Shown piece by piece: positions 40,301 to 55,300 of a stretch of 64,000 nucleotides of DNA. Every line of letters starts with the position of its first letter. The stretch's first letter is position 1. The notes beneath the pieces were generated by a model. The model ran no database searches, had not been told where the DNA came from, and worked only from the letters and a program-made list of their open reading frames with translations. Source of the DNA: Eukaryota sp. TZLM1-RC. Its lineage: Eukaryota > Protista > Metamonada: BaSk clade. Location: positions 1,525,801 to 1,589,800 of the forward strand of contig JAUPSS010000004.1 in NCBI GenBank assembly GCA_040285825.1, given 5' to 3'. The position numbers and the translations under genes are program-made.

Positions 40301-43300
40301 TAAGTTTAAATTTCATAAATTCAACAAACACTTTTATTGCAAAATCAGTACACGAAACTAGATGCTCTATTGATCAAAAATACTGCACCAAAAAGCTAAA
40401 ACAATTTGTCATAGTTTTCATTTGAAATCCCCATTTCTTATATGACAAAAAGACTCCACACTTGACAATAAATCTTTGAATTGTAATATCCATATGAGTG
40501 TTTCAAACGCTGTTGAATGTTATTGTGTTTTCACACTTTCTGTGAAAACATGCTTATGCACAAGTGATACAAGGCAGGTTTGATACATGAAGAAATGATT
40601 TATGTATTCTGTTTCAATGGCAATCTTGAAAACAATAGTGTTGGCAGAAAAGATGATGTATGTACTGAAAAGAATACTGTCCAGGAAAACTTTATTATGA
40701 TAGAGTCTTCATCAAGAAGAAAGTACAACGGTGAAGACATCAAGCCAATCCATGAACAATTGAGATCAAAAGAGTGATTGAGTCAAACGAAACACTGACA
40801 ATAACCGATAGGTAAAAGATTTACGGAATAGAAATCCAAAATGCGCTAGGCAAGGCTGCTGCACTGATGGCAATCGTGATGCCTACCCTTCTGCCCCGAA
40901 GAATCATGGCACTAAGAGTATAATGTGTTTAAAGTTACAGACGCATCCCAAAGTCGGAGTACGGAAATGAAAAAACCGCAGAAGGTTGCTCAGGTTGGAA
41001 GATCAGATTTTGGGTCTGGTTTCAAACTTCAGATTTTCCAATTTTGACATTGGAATTTTACCAACCCTTAATGCAATTAATTTTGGTTTTGCTTTCCTGT
41101 TTTCTGCATGTGTTTGTATATGGCAACGGTAACGCTAATTTCTGTACGATTATCATTCTTTTGATTAGATTAGTATTTCTTTCAAAATTTTGAGCTTTAT
41201 GCATCATTGAAACCAATGTTCATGTCATTGATCTGATTTAAATTCTTTTGTTGATAATCCTTTTGCAATTGTTGTGACAATTTATACATGGTTATCTTGC
41301 CTTTAAAAAAATCGAAACGAATGGCGCAATTTACAGGAGAAGTTTTCAATTTATGAATAGCACCACTGGTTTTTGATCACATTTTTGGTGTAAAAAACAT
41401 TGTTGCGTGAACTTTTACATTGATAAAGAAAATTATTTTACTTTTGTTATTTGACAGAAACAAAAAATAAATTTTTAAAAAATTTACAGTTTCACTTTCA
41501 TTTTGAATGTATTCTAAAAACAGATATCATTTTTGACTTGAATCAAAAGGTGATCGTTTGTAAAAGGCAACGGTAACGCTATTTTCTGCACGATTATCAT
41601 TCTTTTGATTAGGTCAGTATCTTTTCAAAATTTATGAGCTTTATACATCATTAAAACCAATGTTCATGTCATTCATTTGATTTGAATTCCTTTGTTGATA
41701 ATCTTTTTACAACATTTGCGACAATTTATACATGGTTATCTTGCCTTTGAAAAAATGGAAACGAATGGCGCATTTTACAAGAGAAGTTTTCAAGTTTATA
41801 AATACAGCATGTGTTCTTGATCACATTTTTGGTGTAGAAAAACATTGTTGCATGAACTTTTACATTGATAAAGAAAATTATTTTACTTTTGTTATTTCAC
41901 AGAAACAAAAAATAAATTCCAAAAAAATTTACAGTTTCACTTTCATTTTGAATGTATTCTAGAAACAGATATCGTTTGTTTGATTTGAATCAAAAGGTGA
42001 TCGTTTGTATATGGCAACGGTAACGCTATTTTCTGCACGATTATCATTCTTTTGATTAGGTCAGTATCTTTTCAAAATTTAAGAGCTTTATACATCATTA
42101 AAACCAATGTTCATGTCATTCATTTGATTTGAATTCCTTTGTTGATAATCTTTTTACAACATTTGCGACAATTTATACATGGTTATCTTGCCTTTGAAAA
42201 ATGGAAACGAATGGCGCATTTTACAAGAGAAGTTTTCAAGTTTATAAATACAGCATGTGTTCTTGATCACATTTTTGGTGTAAAAAAACATTGTTGCGTG
42301 AACTTTTACATTGATAAAGAAATTTTTCTTTTTTTATTAAACATAAATAAAAAATAAATTTAAAATTTCATAAATTCAACAAACACTTTTATTGCAAAAT
42401 CAGTACACGAAATCAGATGCTCTATTGATCAAAAATACTGCACCAAAAAAGCTAAAACAATTTGGCATAGTTTTCATTTGAAATCCCCATTTCTTATATG
42501 ACAAAAAGACTCCACACTTGACAATAAATCTTTGAATTGTAATATCCATATGAGTGTTTCAAACGCTGTTGAATGTTATTGTGTTTTCACACTTTCTGTG
42601 AAAACATGCTTATGCACAAGTGATACAAGGCAGGTTTGATACATGAAGAAATGATTTATGTATTCTGTTTCAATGGCAATCTTGAAAACAATAGTGTTGG
42701 CAGAAAAGATGATGTATGTACTGAAAAGAATACTGTCCAGGAAAACTTTATTACGATAGAGTCTTCATCAAGAAGAAAGTACAACGGTGAAGACATCAAG
42801 CCAATCCATGAACAATTGAGATCAAAAGAGTGATTGAGTCAAACGAAACACTTACAATAACCGATAGGTACAAGATTTACGGAATAGAAATCCAAAATGC
42901 GCTAGGCAAGGCTGCTGCACTGATGGCAATTGTGATGTCTACCCTTCTGCCCCCGAAGAATCATGGCACTAAGAGTATAATGTGTTTGAAGTTACAGACG
43001 CATCCCAAAGTCGGAGTACGGAAATGAAAAAACCGCAGAAGGTTGCTCAGGTTGGAAGGTTTCAAACTTCAGATTTTCCAATTTTGACATTGGAATTTTA
43101 CCAACCATAATGCAATTAATTTTGGTTTTGCTTTCCTGTTTTCTGCATGTGTTCGTATATGGCAACGGTACGCTAATTTCTGTACGATTATCATTCTTTT
43201 GATTAGATTAGTATTTCTTTCAAAATTTTGAGCTTTATACATCATTAAAACCAATGTTCATGTCATTCATTTGATTTAAATTCCTTTGTTGATAATCTTT

Positions 43301-46300
43301 TTACAACATTTGCGACAATTTATACATGGTTATCTTGCCTTTGAAAAATGGAAACGAATGGCGCATTTACAGAGAAGTTTTCAAGTTTATAGATACAGCA
43401 TGTGTTCTTGATCACATTTTGGTGTAAAAAACATTGTTGCGTGAACTTTTACATTGATAAAGAAAATTATTTTACTTTTGTTATTTGACAGAAACAAAAA
43501 ATAAATTTCAAAAAATTTACAGTTTCACTTTCATTTTGAATGTATTCTAGAAACAGATATCGTTTGTTTGATTTGAATCAAAAGGTGATCGTTTGTATAT
43601 GGCAACGGTAACGCTATTTTCTGCACGATTATCATTCTTTTGATTAGGTCAGTATCTTTTTCAAAATTTAAGAGCTTTATACATCATTAAAACCAATGTT
43701 CATGTCATTCATTTGATTTGAATTCCTTTGTTGATAATCTTTTACAACATTTGCGACAATTTATACATGGTTATCTTGCCTTTGAAAAAAATGGAAAACG
43801 AATGGTGCATTTTACAAGAGAAGTTTTCAAGTTTATAAATACAGCATGTGTTCTTGATCACATTTTTGGTGTAGAAAAACATTGTTGCATGAACTTTTAC
43901 ATTGATAAAGAAAATTATTTTACTTTTGTTATTTCACAGAAACAAAAAATAAATTCCAAAAAAATTTACAGTTTCACTTTCATTTTGAATGTATTCTAGA
44001 AACAGATATCGTTTGTTTGACTTGAATCAAAAGGTGATCGTTTGTATATGGCAACGGTAACGCTATTTTCTGCACGATTATCATTCTTTTGATTAGGTCA
44101 GTATCTTTTCAAAATTTAAGAGCTTTATACATCATTAAAACCAATGTTCATGTCATTCATTTGATTTGAATTCCTTTGTTGATAATCTTTTTACAACATT
44201 TGCGACAATTTATACATGGTTATCTTGCCTTTGAAAAATGGAAACGAATGGCGCATTTTACAAGAGAAGTTTTCAAGTTTATAAATACAGCATGTGTTCT
44301 TGATCACATTTTTGGTGTAAAAAACATTGTTGCGTGAACTTTTACATTGATAAAGAAGTTTTTCTTTTTTTATTAAACATAAATAAAAAATAAATTCAAA
44401 ATTTCATAAATTCAACAAACACTTTTATTGCAAAATCAGTACACGAAATCAGATGCTCTATTGATCAAAAATACTGCACCAAAAAGCTAAAACAATTTGG
44501 CATAGTTTTCATTTGAAATCCCCATTTCTTATATGACAAAAAGACTCCACACTTGACAATAAATCTTTGAATTGTAATATCCATATGAGTGTTTCAAACG
44601 CTGTTGAATGTTATTGTGTTTTCACACTTTCTGTGAAAACATGCTTATGCACAAGTGATACAAGGCAGGTTTGATACATGAAGAAATGATTTATGTATTC
44701 TGTTTCAATGGCAATCTTGAAAACAATAGTGTTGGCAGAAAAGATGATGTATGTACTGAAAAGAATACTGTCCAGGAAAACTTTATTACGATAGAGTCTT
44801 CATCAAGAAGAAAGTACAACGGTGAAGACATCAAGCCAATCCATGAACAATTGAGATCAAAAGAGTGATTGAGTCAAACGAAACACTTACAATAACCGAT
44901 AGGTACAAGATTTACGGAATAGAAATCCAAAATGCGCTAGGCAAGGCTGCTGCACTGATGGCAATTGTGATGTCTACCCTTCTGCCCCGAAGAATCATGG
45001 CACTAAGAGTATAATGTGTTTGAAGTTACAGACGCATCCCAAAGTCGGAGTACGGAAATGAAAAAAACCGCAGAAGGTTGCTCAGGTTGAAGGTTTCAAA
45101 CTTCAGATTTTCCAATTTTGACATTGGAATTTTACCAACCCATAATGCAATTAATTTTGGTTTTGCTTTCCTGTTTTCTGCATGTGTTCGTATATGGCAA
45201 CGGTTACGCTAACTTCTGTACGATTATCATTTTTTTGATTAGATTAGTATTTCTTTCAAAATTTTGAGCTTTATACATCATTAAAACCAATGTTCATGTC
45301 ATTCATTTGATTTAAATTCCTTTGTTGATAATCTTTTTACAACATTTGCGACAATTTATACATGGTTATCTTGCCTTTGAAAAAATGGAAACGAATGACG
45401 CATTTTACAAGAGAAGTTTTCAAGTTTATAGATACAGCATGTGTTCTTGATCACATTTTTGGTGTAAAAAAACATTGTTGCGTGAACTTTTACATTGATA
45501 AAGAAAATTATTTTACTTTTGTTATTTGACAGAAACAAAAAATAAATTCCAAAAAATTTACAGTTTCACTTTCATTTTGAATGTATTCTAGAAACAGATA
45601 TCGTTTGTTTGATTTGAATCAAAAGGTGATCGTTTGTATATGGCAACGGTAACGCTATTTTCTGCACGATTATCATTCTTTTGATTAGGTCAGTATCTTT
45701 TTCAAAATTTAAGAGCTTTATACATCATTAAAACCAATGTTCATGTCATTCATTTGATTTGAATTCCTTTGTTGATAATCTTTTTACAACATTTGCGACA
45801 ATTTATACATGGTTATCTTGCCTTTGAAAAAATCGAAACGAATGGCGCAATTTACAGGAGAAGTTTTCAATTTATGAATAGCACCACTGGTTTTTGATCA
45901 CATTTTTGGTGTAAAAAAACATTGTTGCGTGAACTTTTACATTGATAAAGAAAATTATTTTACTTTTGTTATTTGACAGAAACAAAAAAATAAATTTTTA
46001 AAAAATTTACAGTTTCACTTTCATTTTGAATGTATTCTAAAAACAGATATCATTTGTTTGACTTGAATCAAAAGGTGATCGTTTGTAAAAGGCAACGGTA
46101 ACGCTATTTTCTGCACGATTATCATTCTTTTGATTAGGTCAGTATCTTTTTCAAAATTTATGAGCTTTATACATCATTAAAACCAATGTTCATGTCATTC
46201 ATTTGATTTGAATTCCTTTGTTGATAATCTTTTTACAACATTTGCGACAATTTATACATGGTTATCTTGCCTTTGAAAAAATGGAAACGAATGGCGCATT

Positions 46301-49300
46301 TTACAAGAGAAGTTTTCAAGTTTATAAATACAACATGTGTTCTTGATCACATTTTTGGTGTAAAAATACATTGTTGCATGAACTTTTACATTGATAAAGA
46401 AAATTATTTTACTTTTGTTATTTGACAGAAACAAAAAAATAAATTCCAAAAAAAATTTACAGTTTCACTTTCATTTTGAATGTATTCTAGAAACAGATAT
46501 CGTTTGTTTGATTTGAATCAAAAGGTGATCGTTTGTATATGGCAACGGTAACGCTATTTTCTGCACGATTATCATTCTTTTGATTAGGTCAGTATCTTTT
46601 TCAAAATTTAAGAGCTTTATACATCATTAAAACCAATGTTCATGTCATTCATTTGATTTGAATTCCTTTGTTGATAATCTTTTTACAACATTTGCGACAA
46701 TTTATACATGGTTATCTTGCCTTTGAAAAAATGGAAACGAATGGCGCATTTTACAAGAGAAGTTTTCAAGTTTATAAATACAGCATGTGTTCTTGATCAC
46801 ATTTTTGGTGTAAAAAAACATTGTTGCGTGAACTTTTACATTGATAAAGAAGTTTTTCTTTTTTTTATTAAACATAAATAAAAAATAAATTCAAAATTTC
46901 ATAAATTCAACAAACACTTTTATTGCAAAATCAGTACACGAAATCAGATGCTCTATTGATCAAAAATACTGCACCAAAAAAGCTAAAACAATTTGGCATA
47001 GTTTTCATTTGAAATCCCCATTTCTTATATGACAAAAAGACTCCACACTTGACAATAAATCTTTGAATTGTAATATCCATATGAGTGTTTCAAACGCTGT
47101 TGAATGTTATTGTGTTTTCACACTTTCTGTGAAAACATGCTTATGCACAAGTGATACAAGGCAGGTTTGATACATGAAGAAATGATTTATGTATTCTGTT
47201 TCAATGGCAATCTTGAAAACAATAGTGTTGGCAGAAAAGATGATGTATGTACTGAAAAGAATACTGTCCAGGAAAACTTTATTACGATAGAGTCTTCATC
47301 AAGAAGAAAGTACAACGGTGAAGACATCAAGCCAATCCATGAACAATTGAGATCAAAAGAGTGATTGAGTCAAACGAAACACTTACAATAACCGATAGGT
47401 ACAAGATTTACGGAATAGAAATCCAAAATGCGCTAGGCAAGGCTGCTGCACTGATGGCAATTGTGATGTCTACCCTTCTGCCCCGAAGAATCATGGCACT
47501 AAGAGTATAATGTGTTTGAAGTTACAGACGCATCCCAAAGTCGGAGTACGGAAATGAAAAAACCGCAGAAGGTTGCTCAGGTTGGAAGGTTTCAAACTTC
47601 AGATTTTCCAATTTTGACATTGGAATTTTACCAACCCATAATGCAATTAATTTTGGTTTTGCTTTCCTGTTTTCTGCATGTGTTCGTATATGGCAACGGT
47701 ACGCTAACTTCTGTACGATTATCATTCTTTTTGATTAGATTAGTATTTCTTTCAAAATTTTGAGCTTTATACATCATTAAAACCAATGTTCATGTCATTC
47801 ATTTGATTTAAATTCCTTTGTTGATAATCTTTTGCAACATTTGCGACAATTTATACATGGTTATCTTGCCTTTGAAAAAATGGAAACGAATGGCGCATTT
47901 ACAGAGAAGTTTTCAAGTTTATAGATACAGCATGTGTTCTTGATCACATTTTGGTGTAAAAAACATTGTTGCGTGAACTTTTACATTGATAAAGAAAATT
48001 ATTTTACTTTTGTTATTTGACAGAAACAAAAAATAAATTCCAAAAAATTTACAGTTTCACTTTCATTTTGAATGTATTCTAGAAACAGATATCGTTTGTT
48101 TGATTTGAATCAAAAGGTGATCGTTTGTATATGGCAACGGTAACGCTATTTTCTGCACGATTATCATTCTTTTGATTAGGTCAGTATCTTTTCAAAATTT
48201 AAGAGCTTTATACATCATTAAAACCAATGTTCATGTCATTCATTTGATTTGAATTCCTTTGTTGATAATCTTTTTACAACATTTGCGACAATTTATACAT
48301 GGTTATCTTGCCTTTGAAAAATCGAAACGAATGGCGCAATTTACAGGAGAAGTTTTCAATTTATGAATAGCACCACTGGTTTTGATCACATTTTGGTGTA
48401 GAAAAACATTGTTGCGTGAACTTTTACATTGATAAAGAAAATTATTTTACTTTTGTTATTTGACAGAAACAAAAAATAAATTTTAAAAAATTTACAGTTT
48501 CACTTTCATTTTGAATGTATTCTAGAAACAGATATCATTTTTGACTTGAATCAAAAGGTGATCGTTTGTAAGGCAACGGTAACGCTATTTTCTGCACGAT
48601 TATCATTCTTTTGATTAGGTCAGTATCTTTTCAAAATTTATGAGCTTTATACATCATTAAAACCAATGTTCATGTCATTCATTTGATTTGAATTCCTTTG
48701 TTGATAATCTTTTTACAACATTTGCGACAATTTATACATGGTTATCTTGCCTTTGAAAAATGGAAACGAATGGCGCATTTTACAAGAGAAGTTTTCAAGT
48801 TTATAAATACAGCATGTGTTCTTGATCACATTTTTGGTGTAAAAATACATTGTTGCATGAACTTTTACATTGATAAAGAAAATTATTTTACTTTTGTTAT
48901 TTGACAGAAACAAAAAATAAATTCCAAAAAATTTACAGTTTCACTTTCATTTTGAATGTATTCTAGAAACAGATATCGTTTGTTTGATTTGAATCAAAAG
49001 GTGATCGTTTGTATATGGCAACGGTAACGCTATTTTCTGCACGATTATCATTCTTTTGATTAGGTCAGTATCTTTTCAAAATTTAAGAGCTTTATACATC
49101 ATTAAAACCAATGTTCATGTCATTCATTTGATTTGAATTCCTTTGTTGATAATCTTTTTACAACATTTGCGACAATTTATACATGGTTATCTTGCCTTTG
49201 AAAAATGGAAACGAATGGCGCATTTTACAAGAGAAGTTTTCAAGTTTATAAATACAGCATGTGTTCTTGATCACATTTTTGGTGTAAAAAAACATTGTTG

Positions 49301-52300
49301 CGTGAACTTTTACATTGATAAAGAAGTTTTTCTTTTTTTTATTAAACATAAATAAAAAATAAGTTTAAAATTTCATAAATTCAACAAACACTTTTATTGC
49401 AAAATCAGTACACGAAACTAGATGCTCTATTGATCAAAAATACTGCACCAAAAAGCTAAAACAATTTGTCATAGTTTTCATTTGAAATCCCCATTTCTTA
49501 TATGACAAAAAGACTCCACACTTGACAATAAATCTTTGAATTGTAATATCCATATGAGTGTTTCAAACGCTGTTGAATGTTATTGTGTTTTCACACTTTC
49601 TGTGAAAACATGCTTATGCACAAGTGATACAAGGCAGGTTTGATACATGAAGAAATGATTTATGTATTCTGTTTCAATGGCAATCTTGAAAACAATAGTG
49701 TTGGCAGAAAAGATGATGTATGTACTGAAAAGAATACTGTCCAGGAAAACTTTATTATGATAGAGTCTTCATCAAAAAGAAAGTACAACGGTGAAGACAT
49801 CAAGCCAATCCATGAACAATTGAGATCAAAAGAGTGATTGAGTCAAACGAAACACTGACAATAACCGATAGGTAAAAGATTTACGGAATATAAAGCCAAA
49901 ATGCGCTAGGCAAGGCTGCTGCACTGATGGCAATTGTGATGCCTACCCTTCTGCCCCAAAGAATCATGGCACTAAGAGTATAATGTGTTTGAAGTTACAG
50001 ACGCATCCCAAAGTCGGAGTACGGAAATGAGAAAAACCGCAGAAGGTTGCTCAGGTTGGAAGATCAGATTTTGGGTCTGGTTTCAAACTTCAGATTTTCC
50101 AATTTTGACATTGGAATTTTACCAACTCATAATGCAATTAATTTTGGTTTTGCTTTCCTGTTTTCTGCATGTATTCGTATATGGCAACGGTAACGCTAAT
50201 TTCTGTACGATTATCATTCTTTTGATTAGATTAGTATTTCTTTCAAAATTTTGAGCTTTATGCATCATTGAAACCAATGTTCATGTCATTGATCTGATTT
50301 AAATTCTTTTGTTGATAATCCTTTTGCAACTGTTGCGACAATTTATACATGGTTATCTTGCCTTTAAAAAATCGAAACGAATGGCGCAATTTACAGGAGA
50401 AGTTTTTCAATTTATAGAATACACCACTTGTTCTTGATCACATTTTTTTGGTGTAGAAAAACATTGTTGCATGAACTTTACATTGATAAAGAAAATTATT
50501 TTACTTTTGTTATTTGACAGAAACAAAAAATAAATTCCAAAAAATTTACAGTTTCACTTTCATTTTGAATGTATTCTAGAAACAGATATCGTTTGTTTGA
50601 CTTGAATCAAAAGGTGATCGTTTGTATATGGCAACGGTAACGCTATTTTCTGCACGATTATCATTCTTTTGATTAGGTCAGTATCTTTTCAAAATTTATG
50701 AGCTTTATACATCATTAAAACCAATGTTCATGTCATTCATTTGATTTGAATTCCTTTGTTGATAATCTTTTTACAACATTTGCGACAATTTATACATGGT
50801 TATCTTGCCTTTGAAAAATCGAAACGAATGGCGCATTTTACAAGAGAAGTTTTCAAGTTTATAAATACAGCATGTGTTCTTGATCACATTTTTGGTGTAA
50901 AAAACATTGTTGCGTGAACTTTTACATTGATAAAGAAGTTTTTCTTTTTTTATTAAACATAAATAAAAAATAAATTTAAAATTTCATAAATTCAACAAAC
51001 ACTTTTATTGCAAAATCAGTACACAAACTAGATGCTCTATTGATCAAAAATACTGCACCAAAAAGCTAAAACAATTTGGCATAGTTTTCATTTGAAATCC
51101 CCATTTCTTATATGACAAAAAGACTCCACACTTGACAATAAATCTTTGAATTGTAATATCCATATGAGTGTTTCAAACGCTGTTGAATGTTATTGTGTTT
51201 TCACACTTTCTGTGAAAACATGCTTATGCACAAGTGATACAAGGCAGGTTTGATACATGAAGAAATGATTTATGTATTCTGTTTCAATGGCAATCTTGAA
51301 AACAATAGTGTTGGCAGAAAAGATGATGTATGTACTGAAAAGAATACTGTCCAGGAAAACTTTATTACGATAGAGTCTTCATCAAAAAGAAAGTACAACG
51401 GTGAAGACATCAAGCCAATCCATGAACAATTGAGATCAAAAGAGTGATTGAGTCAAACGAAACACTTACAATAACCGATAGGTACAAGATTTACGGAATA
51501 TAAATCCAAAATGCGCTAGGCAAGGCTGCTGCACTGATGGCAATCGTGATGCCTACCCTTCTGCCCCCAAGAATCATGGCACTAAGAGTATAATGTGTTT
51601 GAAGTTACAGACGCATCCCAAAGTCGGAGTACGGAAATGAGAAAAACCGCAGAAGGTTGCTCAGGTTGGAAGATCAGATTTTGGGTCTGGTTTCAAACTT
51701 CAGATTTTCCAATTTTGACATTGGAATTTTACCAACCCTTAATGCAATTAATTTTGGTTTTGCTTTCCTGTTTTCTGCATGTGTTTGTATATGGCAACGG
51801 TAACGCTAATTTCTGTACGATTATCATTCTTTTGATTAGATTAGTATTTCTTTCAAAATTTTGAGCTTTATGCATCATTGAAACCAATGTTCATGTCATT
51901 GATCTGATTTAAATTCTTTTGTTGATAATCCTTTTGCAATTGTTGTGACAATTTATACATGGTTATCTTGCCTTTAAAAAAATCGAAACGAATGGCGCAA
52001 TTTACAGGAGAAGTTTTCAATTTATGAATAGCACCACTGGTTTTTGATCACATTTTTGGTGTAAAAAACATTGTTGCGTGAACTTTTACATTGATAAAGA
52101 AAATTATTTTACTTTTGTTATTTGACAGAAACAAAAAATAAATTTTAAAAAATTTACAGTTTCACTTTCATTTTGAATGTATTCTAGAAACAGATATCGT
52201 TTGTTTGACTTGAATCAAAAGGTGATCGTTTGTATATGGCAACGGTAACGCTATTTTCTGCACGATTATCATTCTTTTGATTAGGTCAGTATCTTTTCAA

Positions 52301-55300
52301 AATTTATGAGCTTTATACATCATTAAAACCAATGTTCATGTCATTCATTTGATTTGAATTCCTTTGTTGATAATCTTTTACAACATTTGCGACAATTTAT
52401 ACATGGTTATCTTGCCTTTGAAAAAATGGAAACGAATGGCGCATTTTACAAGAGAAGTTTTCAAGTTTATAAATACAGCATGTGTTCTTGATCACATTTT
52501 GGTGTAGAAAAACATTGTTGCGTGAACTTTTACATTGATAAAGAAAATTATTTTACTTTTGTTATTTGACAGAAACAAAAATAAATTCCAAAAAATTTAC
52601 AGTTTCACTTTCATTTTGAATGTATTCTAGAAACAGATATCGTTTGTTTGATTTGAATCAAAAGGTGATCGTTTGTATATGGCAACGGTAACGCTATTTT
52701 CTGCACGATTATCATTCTTTTGATTAGGTCAGTATCTTTTCAAAATTTATGAGCTTTATACATCATTAAAACCAATGTTCATGTCATTCATTTGATTTGA
52801 ATTCCTTTGTTGATAATCTTTTACAACATTTGCGACAATTTATACATGGTTATCTTGCCTTTGAAAAATGGAAACGAATGGCGCATTTTACAAGAGAAGT
52901 TTTCAAGTTTATAAATACAGCATGTGTTCTTGATCACATTTTGGTGTAAAAAACATTGTTGCGTGAACTTTTACATTGATAAAGAAATTTTTCTTTTTTA
53001 TTAAACATAAATAAAAAATAAATTTAAAATTTCATAAATTCAACAAACACTTTTATTGCAAAATCAGTACACGAAACTAGATGCTCTATTGATCAAAAAT
53101 ACTGCACCAAAAAGCTAAAACAATTTGGCATAGTTTTCATTTGAAATCCCCATTTCTTATATGACAAAAAGACTCCACACTTGACAATAAATCTTTGAAT
53201 TGTAATATCCATATGAGTGTTTCAAACGCTGTTGAATGTTATTGTGTTTTCACACTTTCTGTGAAAACATGCTTATGCACAAGTGATACAAGGCAGGTTT
53301 GATACATGAAGAAATGATTTATGTATTCTGTTTCAATGGCAATCTTGAAACAATAGTGTTGGCAGAAAAGATGATGTATGTACTGAAAAGAATACTGTCC
53401 AGGAAAACTTTATTACGATAGAGTCTTCATCAAGAAGAAAGTACAACGGTGAAGACATCAAGCCAATCCATGAACAATTGAGATCAAAAGAGTGATTGAG
53501 TCAAACGAAACACTTACAATAACCGATAGGTACAAGATTTACGGAATAGAAATCCAAAATGCGCTAGGCAAGGCTGCTGCACTGATGGCAATTGTGATGT
53601 CTACCCTTCTGCCCCAAGAATCATGGCACTAAGAGTATAATGTGTTTGAAGTTACAGACGCATCCCAAAGTCGGAGTACGGAAATGAAAAAACCGCAGAA
53701 GGTTGCTCAGGTTGGAAGATCAGATTTTTGGGTCTGGTTTCAAACTTCAGATTTTCCAATTTTGACATTGGAATTTTACCAACCCATAATGCAATTAATT
53801 TTGGTTTTGCTTTCCTGTTTTCTGCATGTGTTTGTATATGGCAACGGTTACGCTAATTTCTGTACGATTATCATTCTTTTGATTAGATTAGTATTTCTTT
53901 CAAAATTTTGAGCTTTATGCATCATTGAAACCAATGTTCATGTCATTGATCTGATTTAAATTCTTTGTTGATAATCCTTTTGCAACTGTTGCGACAATTT
54001 ATACATGGTTATCTTGCCTTTGAAAAAATCGAAACGAATGGCGCATTTTACAGGAGAAGTTTTCAAGTTTATGAATAGCACCACTGTGTTCTTGATCACA
54101 TTTTGGTGTAGAAAAACATTGTTGCGTGAACTTTTACATTGATAAAGAAAATAATTTTACTTTTGTTATTTGACAGAAACAAAGAAATAAATTCCAAAAA
54201 AATTTACAGTTTCACTTTCATTTTGAATGTATTCTAGAAACAGATATCGTTTGTTTGATTTGAATCAAAAGGTGATCGTTTGTATATGGCAACGGTAACG
54301 CTATTTTCTGCACGATTATCATTCTTTTGATTAGGTCAGTATCTTTTCAAAATTTATGAGCTTTATACATCATTAAAACCAATGTTCATGTCATTCATTT
54401 GATTTGAATTCCTTTGTTGATAATCTTTTTACAACATTTGCGACAATTTATACATGGTTATCTTGCCTTTGAAAAAATGGAAACGAATGGCGCATTTTAC
54501 AAGAGAAGTTTTCAAGTTTATAAATACAGCATGTGTTCTTGATCACATTTTGGTGTAAAAAACATTGTTGCGTGAACTTTTACATTGATAAAGAAGTTTT
54601 TCTTTTTTTAATTAAACATAAATAAAAAATAAGTTTAAAATTTCATAAATTCAACAAACACTTTTATTGCAAAATAGGTACGCGAAACTAGATGCTCTAT
54701 TGATCAAAAATACTGCACCAAAAAAGCTAAAACAATTTGGCATAGTTTTCATTTGAAATCCCCATTTCTTATATGACAAAAAGACTCCACACTTGACAAT
54801 AAATCTTTGAATTGTAATATCCATATGAGTGTTTCAAACGCTGTTGAATGTTATTGTGTTTTCACACTTTCTGTGAAAACATGCTTATGCACAAGTGATA
54901 CAAGGCAGGTTTGATACATGAAGAAATGATTTATGTATTCTGTTTCAATGGCAATCTTGAAAACAATAGTGTTGGCAGAAAAGATGATGTATGTACTGAA
55001 AAGAATACTGTCCAGGAAACTTTATTATGATAGAGTCTTCATCAAGAAGAAAGTACAACGGTGAAGACATCAAGCCAATCCATGAACAATTGAGATCAAA
55101 AGAGTGATTGAGTCAAACGAAACACTTACAATAACCGATAGGTACAAGATTTACGGAATAGAAATCCAAAATGCGCTAGGCAAGGCTGCTGCACTGATGG
55201 CAATTGTGATGCCTACCCTTCTGCCCCAAGAATCATGGCACTAAGAGTATAATGTGTTTGAAGTTACAGACGCATCCCAAAGTCGGAGTACGGAAATGAG

